From Verrucomicrobiota bacterium (GTDB lineage: Bacteria; Verrucomicrobiota; Verrucomicrobiia; Chthoniobacterales; UBA6821), in contig WBXG01000023.1 of the NCBI GenBank assembly GCA_008932965.1, positions 1 through 25,358 on the forward strand: a stretch of 25,358 nt of DNA, written 5' to 3'. Shown here piece by piece: positions 7,802 through 15,317 of the stretch (its first letter is position 1; each line of letters starts with the position of its first letter). A program made the translations under genes and the position numbers. Under the pieces are notes generated by a model, which was not told the DNA's origin, searched no databases, and saw only the letters and a list, made by a program, of their open reading frames with translations.

Positions 7802-9400
7802 TCAAACGTACTCTTTTTTGCTTTCTGTTTTAAATGGCAAAGCACAAAGAATCGTCACCATACTTCCAATAAAAACATACCAAGGCCACGCTATTTCTGG
7901 CCACCATGCTGGCATGAAGTGACCAAAATTAATAATTCCAGGAAGTTCTACTTTACCTAAAAAGAGAACACTGGTCATTCCAAGGAACATCGCAATAACG
8001 TTGGTTTTATCATTGCCTCGTGTGGTAGTGAGCATACCAACTAAGAAAATACCGAGTAGTCCACCGTAAGTGTAACCTAGGATCCCAATAGCGATAGGAA
8101 TGATAGTAAGCTGTGGATTCAGGAGTACTGAATAGGCTGCCATCGTACCTACCCCAACCATTAAGATGCCAAAAATCAACGTAGCTATACGGGCAGCACG
8201 AATTGAAGCCCTATCATCGGCCATAGGATTCACATAGGGAATATAAAAATCGGTAGTAAAGCTCGTGGCAAGAGCATTAAGGGCAGCAGAAGTGGAGCCC
8301 ATCATCGTTGCTAAGACACCAGCAATGATAAGTCCCCTCAGTCCTACAGGCATATTATTGACAATGAAATGAGCAAAGATTTCATTATCGGGAATCGTAG
8401 GAGCACCTACATGGGAATAATACACAAAGAGAAGAATGCCGACGCTTAAGAATGCTAGCGCTAATGGAATATCTGCAAAGCCACTTAAAATGAGTGAAAG
8501 GCGTGATTTTTGGACATTTTTAGCTGTAAGGAGGCGCTGCACCATATCTTGGTCAGTGCCATGCGTGGCCATCGTTAAAAAAGTTGATCCAATGAAAGCT
8601 GCCCAAAGAGTATAAGGTTCAGCGAGCATTTTTGAGAGAGCAGCACCAAAGGGGAGTGTTACATCCCAATCGCTTTGGACCCATTTCAGATTTTCCCAAC
8701 TACCAAAAGTTTCTTTGACAGCGCTCAATCCTCCAATACGACTCAGGAGAAGCCATATTGCTATAATAATAGATCCTATCATGAGGGAGGCTTGGATGAG
8801 ATCAGTCCAAACAACAGCTTTAATTCCACCAACCATCGTATACCCAGTTGTGATCAGTGTGATGATCAATATACCCCAGAAATAGTGAGCGAGGGTGGTC
8901 GGCATTCCAGGATAAAAGTAATGCCAGAGAACCACAAGAATAAGACCTCCTAAATAGAGTCGCACTCCAATACCTAGCACCCGAGTAAAAAGGAAAATAG
9001 CACTAGCTGTGTTTTTCGTAGCTGTGCCAAAGCGCACTGTTAAAAATCCATAAATACTTTTTACTTTGTAGCGGTAGTAGGGGGCAATGAAAGTATAGGC
9101 GATAATAATACGTGCTAGAACGGTTCCGATAGCAAGTTGAGCATAGAAAAAGGCATGCGTTTTATAGCCTTCCGCCGGAGTTCCAAGAAAGGTAGCAGCG
9201 CTTGTCTCAGCTGCTACAATAGAAGCAAGAACAGCCCACCATGGAATGGAATGTCCCCCAAGAGCAAATTCTTCTAGTGTCTTATTGTGCCGGCCAGCAT
9301 AGAGGCCAATTCCAATAATGACCATGAAGTAGATCAAGACTACACAGGCATCAATGGAAATGGCAAAAGTGGAATGGTTATTCAGGGCAATGCAGAGCAT
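7802..9400 (-). CDS. Sodium:solute symporter family (SSS) transporter
   Basis: 532-aa, very hydrophobic, multi-TM ORF. The N-terminal region (AGRHNKTLEEFALGGHSIPWWAVLASIVAAETSAATFLGTPAEGY) matches the conserved SSS signature region. Substrate cannot be determined. Confidence 0.85.
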   Translation of the reverse strand: MLCIALNNHSTFAISIDACVVLIYFMVIIGIGLYAGRHNKTLEEFALGGHSIPWWAVLASIVAAETSAATFLGTPAEGYKTHAFFYAQLAIGTVLARIIIAYTFIAPYYRYKVKSIYGFLTVRFGTATKNTASAIFLFTRVLGIGVRLYLGGLILVVLWHYFYPGMPTTLAHYFWGILIITLITTGYTMVGGIKAVVWTDLIQASLMIGSIIIAIWLLLSRIGGLSAVKETFGSWENLKWVQSDWDVTLPFGAALSKMLAEPYTLWAAFIGSTFLTMATHGTDQDMVQRLLTAKNVQKSRLSLILSGFADIPLALAFLSVGILLFVYYSHVGAPTIPDNEIFAHFIVNNMPVGLRGLIIAGVLATMMGSTSAALNALATSFTTDFYIPYVNPMADDRASIRAARIATLIFGILMVGVGTMAAYSVLLNPQLTIIPIAIGILGYTYGGLLGIFLVGMLTTTRGNDKTNVIAMFLGMTSVLFLGKVELPGIINFGHFMPAWWPEIAWPWYVFIGSMVTILCALPFKTESKKEYV

Positions 9401-9422
9401 TTTTTAACTATATCAACTGTTA

Positions 9423-10403
9423 TTATAGATGCAAAAACATTTCATGCTCTATCGAAGCAACAAGAGGCTGAGGATCAGATAATGGAGCTAAAGGGCTCCT
9501 TGTCTCTACTTTATTAATAGAAAAACGACTCGTATAAGAGCGCAGGCTGGTAATAGCTTCCGTGATGAGACGCTCGGAATCCTGAGTTGCAAGAAGAGAA
9601 ACAGGAGTAGTCATCGAGCTCATTTTACTTGAAAGATGACGCCAGAAACGAGCAGAACTTTGTGCTAAGAAAGCATACTCTGCTCCATATTGCTGGGCAG
9701 TGGAGGTAAGCACAGAAAGTACCTCTTCAAGGAACGGATCCAAAGGTGAAAACCCTGAGCGTACAAGCCACTGTTTGATTGAGGCCTCCGTGCTCCATTG
9801 CCGCTGATAGACGATACGTGCAAGTGTAGGGAACCAGGAGAGATGGTGGCAGGGGCCCATTGAGAAATTTTTCTGTAATGTGAGCAGGGGCATCCATAAA
9901 AGAAGACGTGCAATATTTTGAGGATAGCGTGCAGCAAGTAGCAATGCCAGATTAGAGCTTAATCCAGAGGCAATGATCGTCATGGGAGAACCGGAGGTAA
10001 TGCGAAAAAATGCTGCAAGTGCTTGGACCTGAGCTTCGACATTAATAGCAGAACGAGGCCGCTGAGATTCACCAAACCCGATTAAATCAGGAACGATGAC
10101 CTGGTGGCTATGCGCAAAATAGGGATAAATTTTGGACCATTCAAAGGAAGAGGCTCCCGGAAAGACACCATGCAAAAAAAGGAGAGGACTCCCATTTCCA
10201 GAAGTATGGTAAACGACCTCCCCAGAGGAGGTATTAAGCACCCGAGTTGCAAACACAGCTGGTGAAATAGAATCTGGAATATGTTTACGTAAAGGATGAC
10301 GCCACCCAAAACGAACAGCTAAAGCCAAGGCTCCAATGAGACCGACCCCCAATCCTGTACCAAGACTTATGTTTAATGGAGAGGAGGTTTTTTTACTCTT
10401 CAT
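9423..10403 (-). CDS. Alpha/beta-fold hydrolase with N-terminal membrane anchor
   Basis: 326 aa. Contains an HG oxyanion motif (LLFLHGVFPG), PDLIGFGES, and a nucleophile elbow variant SGLSSN. Its start overlaps the purM stop by 11 nt, so it is probably co-transcribed. Confidence 0.8.
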   Translation of the reverse strand: MKSKKTSSPLNISLGTGLGVGLIGALALAVRFGWRHPLRKHIPDSISPAVFATRVLNTSSGEVVYHTSGNGSPLLFLHGVFPGASSFEWSKIYPYFAHSHQVIVPDLIGFGESQRPRSAINVEAQVQALAAFFRITSGSPMTIIASGLSSNLALLLAARYPQNIARLLLWMPLLTLQKNFSMGPCHHLSWFPTLARIVYQRQWSTEASIKQWLVRSGFSPLDPFLEEVLSVLTSTAQQYGAEYAFLAQSSARFWRHLSSKMSSMTTPVSLLATQDSERLITEAITSLRSYTSRFSINKVETRSPLAPLSDPQPLVASIEHEMFLHL

Positions 10404-11523
10404 GAATCAATTGCTGAGCCGGCTCTAACTGCACTTCACCATGACCTGCGATGATTTTTCCAATAATTTTTCCACGAAGTTTTTTGGCAATTGCAGTAGC
10501 TTCTTTCGAGGGGACAACAAAAACCATTCCAATTCCCATATTAAAAACGCGGTACATTTCTAGAGGGTCAATATTACCACCGTGGCACATGAGTTTAAAA
10601 ATAGCTGGGACCTTCCAAGCATTGGAATCAATAAAGGCATCGCAATTTTTAGGAAGCACTCTTGGAAGATTATCAATAAGCCCACCTCCAGTAATGTGTG
10701 CGGCAGCATGGAGCAGAGCTGTTCCCAAGCCTGCGATCGACTTAAACTCAGGAAGATAAGAGCGATGCACTTTGAGCAGTTCTTTTTCGAGTGTTGTAGA
10801 AAGCCCCTGAATTTTACTAGAGAGCTTGAGGTGCATTGTTTCAAAAAGAACATGCCGTGCTAGTGTGTAACCGTTGGTATGAAGGCCATTGGAAGCAAGT
10901 CCGATGAGAACATCTCCAACCTTCACACGACTTCCATCCAAAAGTTGCTTGCGATCAGCCACACCAACAATGGTTCCTGCTAAATCATATTCCCCAGGAT
11001 GATAGAGGCCAGGCATTTGGGCCGTTTCTCCACCTATAAGAGCACAGCTAGCTGCTTTGCAAGCGCGCGAAAGACCGCTAAGAATAGAGCGCACTGTTTT
11101 TGGACTTAGGGTTTCTGCAGCAATATAATCTAAGAAAAAAAGAGGCTCTGCTCCGGTCACAAGAATATCATTGATGCAATGATTCACAAGATCGGCCCCA
11201 ATGGTATCATGACGACCAGTTGCAAAAGCAATCTTGAGCTTGGTTCCCACTCCATCAGTGCTAGAGACAAGGACCGGTTTTTTAATCTTTCTTTTTTTAA
11301 AGTCAGGTTGAAAAAGTCCTCCAAAGCCACCGATACCCCCCAACACCTCGGCACCATGCGTTTGTCGAACGATGTTCCCAATGCCCGCCTTGACTCGATT
11401 TCCTAGAGCCACATTCACACCAGCTTGAGCATAGGAACTTGAATCAGTAGTTTTAGCAAGCAGCCTGGCAGCAGAGGGATTTTTTTTTCTAGAATTTGAA
11501 GGATGAGTCGAGGTAATTTTCAT
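10393..11523 (-). CDS. purM: Phosphoribosylformylglycinamidine cyclo-ligase (AIR synthetase)
   Basis: 376 aa with PurM motifs GGFGGLF, STDGVGTKL and DLVNHCINDIL. It has an N-terminal extension of about 30 aa. Confidence 0.93.
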   Translation of the reverse strand: MKITSTHPSNSRKKNPSAARLLAKTTDSSSYAQAGVNVALGNRVKAGIGNIVRQTHGAEVLGGIGGFGGLFQPDFKKRKIKKPVLVSSTDGVGTKLKIAFATGRHDTIGADLVNHCINDILVTGAEPLFFLDYIAAETLSPKTVRSILSGLSRACKAASCALIGGETAQMPGLYHPGEYDLAGTIVGVADRKQLLDGSRVKVGDVLIGLASNGLHTNGYTLARHVLFETMHLKLSSKIQGLSTTLEKELLKVHRSYLPEFKSIAGLGTALLHAAAHITGGGLIDNLPRVLPKNCDAFIDSNAWKVPAIFKLMCHGGNIDPLEMYRVFNMGIGMVFVVPSKEATAIAKKLRGKIIGKIIAGHGEVQLEPAQQLIHEE

Positions 11524-11672
11524 TAAAAATTAAGTAGTCAAGAATATGAGATGAATCATCAGAGTCAAGATCTGCTAAGGGCCCGATAAAAGAAAGAATG
11601 TCTGTGATCCATGGATAAAATATATTCATAGCCAATTAGAATAAGAATTTTCTCTTGGCGCTACATGACGCT

Positions 11673-13121
11673 TTAGAACAACACAGCATCATCAGGGAGA
11701 AGATGGGCCTGATTGTGGCGACGCTCCATGATTAATTTATTAAAAGAGGCATCAAAGGGGATGGGGTAATCACCTGTAAAGCAGGCAAGGCAGAAACTTT
11801 CTTTGGGAAGGCGTGTCGCTCGAACCATACCCTCAACATCTAAGTAGCCAACGCTGTCAGCTCCTAGGTAGGCACATAGCTCCTCTTGAGAATATTGATT
11901 TGCTAGTAATTTTTCAGGATCAGGAAAATCAATTCCATAGTAACAGGCATATCGATGAGGGGGACAACTAATACGCAGATGTACTTCTTTGGCTCCCGCT
12001 TCACGAAGATTAATCACACGATTTTTCGCAGTAGTTCCACGTACAATAGAATCATCCACCACCACAACCCTCTTTCCTTCAACATAAGAGTTAATAAGGT
12101 TGAGTTTCACACGCACGCTGAAATCACGCACGAGCTGGGTAGGCTGAATAAAAGTACGTCCGATATAATGATTACGAACAAAGGCAGGCTCATAGGGAAT
12201 ATTCAACTCCTCCGAAAAACCAAGTGCTGCATAAATTCCAGAATCAGGAATCGGAACAATAATATCGGCTTCTACAGGATGAAGCCGTGCTAATTCTTGT
12301 CCCATACGCACCCTTGCTTGACTCACATTGATATTGCGAAGATTGCTATCAGGACGTGCAAAATAGACATATTCGAAAATACAAAATGATTCTTGGCTGC
12401 TCTTAAAGGGGAATTCAGAACGAAGTCCTGATTCATTAATGATGAGAGCTTCTCCAGGCTCCACATCGCGCACAAAGCGTGCTCCAATGAGATCAAAGGC
12501 ACAGGTTTCTGAGGCTAAAACCCAAGCATCATCGAGCTTCCCCAAAGAGAGAGGACGAAATCCATGAGGATCACGGACCCCAATAATTTCTTTTTCCCCC
12601 ATGATAACGATAGAAAATGCTCCCTCAAGTTCACGGAGTGCTGCAAGCGGGTTTTTTGTTTCGGAAGAAGCCCCAGGCTGAGCCAAAAGATGTAGAATAA
12701 TTTCGCTATCAGAAGTCGCTTGAAAAATCGATCCCTTCATCTCTAGTTCGGCACGAAGACGTGCAGCGTTAATCAAATTTCCATTATGGGCAATAGCAAT
12801 TTGTCCACGACTTGTATCAGCACTTAGGGGCTGTGCATTGAGGAGGTTACTTGATCCCGTTGTCGAATAACGAACATGACCGATGGCATAGGAACCCTTT
12901 AATTGATCTATATCTTTTTCATTAAAAACCTGAGAGACAAGTCCCATGCGCTTCACGCTCTGAAAAGGAGTCTTACTGCCAGCATGAGTGACAATCCCGG
13001 CGCTCTCCTGTCCTCGATGTTGTAAAGCAAAAAGACCATAATAGGAGAGAAGCGCTGCATTAGGGTGCCCATACACGGCAAATACACCACATTCATGTGA
13101 GGGATAGTCAAGAGAGGTCAA
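11673..13121 (-). CDS. purF: Amidophosphoribosyltransferase
   Basis: 482 aa with a TTG start. A short propeptide precedes the catalytic Cys (HECGVFAVYG). It has a PRTase motif (VVVVDDSIVRGTT) and a C-terminal Cys cluster (CLACFTGDYP) typical of the Fe-S type PurF. Confidence 0.94.
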   Translation of the reverse strand: MTSLDYPSHECGVFAVYGHPNAALLSYYGLFALQHRGQESAGIVTHAGSKTPFQSVKRMGLVSQVFNEKDIDQLKGSYAIGHVRYSTTGSSNLLNAQPLSADTSRGQIAIAHNGNLINAARLRAELEMKGSIFQATSDSEIILHLLAQPGASSETKNPLAALRELEGAFSIVIMGEKEIIGVRDPHGFRPLSLGKLDDAWVLASETCAFDLIGARFVRDVEPGEALIINESGLRSEFPFKSSQESFCIFEYVYFARPDSNLRNINVSQARVRMGQELARLHPVEADIIVPIPDSGIYAALGFSEELNIPYEPAFVRNHYIGRTFIQPTQLVRDFSVRVKLNLINSYVEGKRVVVVDDSIVRGTTAKNRVINLREAGAKEVHLRISCPPHRYACYYGIDFPDPEKLLANQYSQEELCAYLGADSVGYLDVEGMVRATRLPKESFCLACFTGDYPIPFDASFNKLIMERRHNQAHLLPDDAVLF

Positions 13122-13237
13122 AGTATCTTTAATAAGTAAAATGATTTTAAATTAGGTCGTAAACAATATGGCTGATTTTACAATTAATACAATCGGGACC
13201 TTTCATTCTTCTCCATACAGGGGGAATGTTTTTGATT

Positions 13238-13258
13238 AAAAATGGAAGCTTCCTTCCA
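13238..13258 (-). terminator. Weak candidate intrinsic terminator on the minus strand, downstream of the permease gene and copy D
   Basis: The minus strand reads TGGAAG-GAAG-CTTCCA followed by TTTTTAATC. The stem is only 6 bp, so support is weak. Confidence 0.3.
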
Positions 13259-13271
13259 AAAATGGATTTTC

Positions 13272-13542
13272 TAACCCGGGTATTTCATACTGATCGTGAC
13301 GAGCTAGCTACAAAGACTGATGGGGTACCACGGAGGTCGGGAGACCGCAGGGGAGACTGCCCTGGCTTTAAGGGGGCAGCCCTGAAAGGGCGAGACGAGC
13401 GGGAGCGAGCGAGTCAACGCAGGCGAGCATTTTGATGTAGGGCTGCATGTGTACATACTGTCCAAATCAAAATGTGAGTCTAACGCAGCATCCATCTGGC
13501 TTCACGGCTTACGCAGTAGATCGGTATGAAATATCCGGGTTA
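13272..13542 (+). repeat. Copy D of the structured intergenic element, long form with the 81-nt GC-rich insert at 13339-13419
   Basis: The terminal helix 13272-13295 / 13519-13542 forms 24 consecutive pairs (22 Watson-Crick plus 2 G-U on the + strand). The 3' half is colinear with copy A (catactgtccaaatca, taacgcag, gaaatat..gggttaa). The GC-rich insert is 78/81 identical to 20627-20707. The last 3 nt coincide with the permease stop codon. Confidence 0.85.
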
Positions 13543-15033
13543 AAGCTCATCCTCAAAGGAGAGACCCTCTGTTTTATATTTTTTACAGAACTGAATAAAA
13601 CGAACACTTGTAATAAAAAGGTAAAAAAGGAATGAAACAACTCCTACATAAATGAGATTTTGATAAACGTAGATCATTGCCAAGTAACCCATGAAAGGAG
13701 TAATGAGGCCTAAGAGGATTAAAAAATTATTCTTCTTGGTTAATTGCACTCCTCCATAAATCACCATGAGTACCACTAAGGATATAATCATCATAAATAA
13801 ATCATGTTTTGGAAGAGTCGTCATAATAAGCCCAAGAATCACAAAAACAATAACTCCATAAACACGTGTCTTTGGCTTAATAGCTCCCATACTGATAGGT
13901 GCAGCCATATAACCTAGAAGATTGTAACCTGTAACCACAACCATGAGAGACGACCAGCTTTCAGCATTCCAGAGAACAACAGCAATCATCACCCAATTAA
14001 TGAGCAGAGAACGTCTGCAAAGATTATAAATAGGATTGAGTTTTCCTATAGACCATTGTGGCATCTGACCTTCTGCAGCCATGGCATAAAACATTCGAGC
14101 CGAACCTCCAAGATAGGCATATCCAGTACCTGAAGGGCTAATGACACTGTCAGCCATTAGTAAAATCACAAGAAAATGGAGCCCTAGGAGTATTGCTAGA
14201 TTTAATAAGGGAGAATGAAAATTCAGCGAACTCCATCCCGCTTGTAACATTTCGTGAGGAACAGCTCCCATAAAGGCAAGTTGTAATGCCATATAGACAA
14301 ACATTACGATGACGATCGAAAGCACGATGGAGAGGGGAACATTTCTTTTTGGCTTTTCTATTTCACTAGCAAAGGCCACGGCTAACTGAAAACCGTTAAA
14401 AGAGTAAATGAGACCAGCTCCTACAATCGCACCAAGAGCCGATCCAGCAGTATAGACATAATGAGAGTCTAATTGAAAATTACTTGTATCAAATCGTGCA
14501 ATAAGAAAAAGAACGATCGTAAAAATGGGGGTAAAGATTTTTAATGCTGTGACGATATTATTTACTTTGGCAAGTAATTTGATTCCGTAAAAATTGACAA
14601 TTAAGTATAAAAACAAAATACCCAGAGCAAACAATTTTCCATAAATCGTTAACCCATGATCATTCATGAGATCGGTATTTTTAAGAGCAGCGGATAAATA
14701 TTGAGTAGTAGCCTGCGCTTCAGTAGCAACACAAACCATAATGCCAAACCAGTTAGCAAAGGCAAAAGGCATTCCAAAGATGGAATTATGAGACAAGGCA
14801 CTTGAGCGTGTAGTAGCACCACGGACTGGAAAGACGGAAACAACTTGAGCCAAGCAAAGCCCTACAGGCATCACAAGTAGGGCAGCTAAGAACCAGGCAA
14901 GAAAAGAATAATTTCCAGCAAGTTGAGCATTGAGCTGTGCACTAAAGAGCCACCCAGATCCGACCATTGCCGTCGCACTTAAGGCGGTAGCGCTCAAAAG
15001 GGATATTTTTTTGTGGTTCGTTTTTTCAATCAT
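13540..15033 (-). CDS. Amino acid/polyamine/organocation (APC) superfamily permease
   Basis: 497-aa hydrophobic ORF with about 12 predicted TM segments. The N-terminal TM1 region SATAMVGSGWLF is typical of APC permeases. Confidence 0.85.
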   Translation of the reverse strand: MIEKTNHKKISLLSATALSATAMVGSGWLFSAQLNAQLAGNYSFLAWFLAALLVMPVGLCLAQVVSVFPVRGATTRSSALSHNSIFGMPFAFANWFGIMVCVATEAQATTQYLSAALKNTDLMNDHGLTIYGKLFALGILFLYLIVNFYGIKLLAKVNNIVTALKIFTPIFTIVLFLIARFDTSNFQLDSHYVYTAGSALGAIVGAGLIYSFNGFQLAVAFASEIEKPKRNVPLSIVLSIVIVMFVYMALQLAFMGAVPHEMLQAGWSSLNFHSPLLNLAILLGLHFLVILLMADSVISPSGTGYAYLGGSARMFYAMAAEGQMPQWSIGKLNPIYNLCRRSLLINWVMIAVVLWNAESWSSLMVVVTGYNLLGYMAAPISMGAIKPKTRVYGVIVFVILGLIMTTLPKHDLFMMIISLVVLMVIYGGVQLTKKNNFLILLGLITPFMGYLAMIYVYQNLIYVGVVSFLFYLFITSVRFIQFCKKYKTEGLSFEDEL

Positions 15034-15084
15034 AAAATTTCTAAGTTCATCAGGAAAATGGCAGCTGACGATGAATCCAAACGC

Positions 15085-15272
15085 GCTAGCCTGAATAATT
15101 TATACTAAATCATCATGAGGCGCCGTGCAAAGCTCATTAATACAAGGGGGGCGAAGGATTGTAATGCCGGACTGTATGATTATAAGAACCATGAAGCTAT
15201 TCAATTCTGATTCAGTATCAAACAGACTTTCTCAAGCCACAGAAGAATTTGTATAAAATATGCGGGTCTACC
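15085..15272 (+). repeat. Copy C of the structured intergenic element, short form
   Basis: The terminal helix gctagcctgaataatttatac (15085-15105) pairs with gtataaaatatgcgggtctacc (15251-15272). attaatacaagg-N4-gcgaaggattgtaatgccggactgtatg matches copy A positions 1-37 closely. It lies between two minus-strand genes. Confidence 0.8.
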
Positions 15273-15317
15273 ACGAGTCAAGCTGATTTGATTTTATGTG
15301 TTGTTTATTTCTGTAGC

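Noticed and set aside
13270-13544. Target-site duplications flanking the elements (TA..TA around D if the ends are set at acccggg; CT..CT around B)
   Set aside because: The putative duplications are only 2 nt and depend on where the ends are drawn. In D the TA also extends the inverted repeat. They are not seen for C, E or G. This neither supports nor excludes transposition.
13226-13635. ORF-track ORFs 13226-13435 (+), 13304-13495 (-) and 13447-13635 (+) overlapping repeat copy D
   Set aside because: Their translations are low-complexity (RRSGDRRGDCPGFKGAALKGRDERERASQRRRAF). In copy E the same frame of the shared 81-nt module is preceded immediately by an in-frame TAG (20625-20627). The three D/E differences include two non-synonymous changes. 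The reading frame is therefore not conserved between copies, and the GC-rich repeat simply lacks stops by chance.
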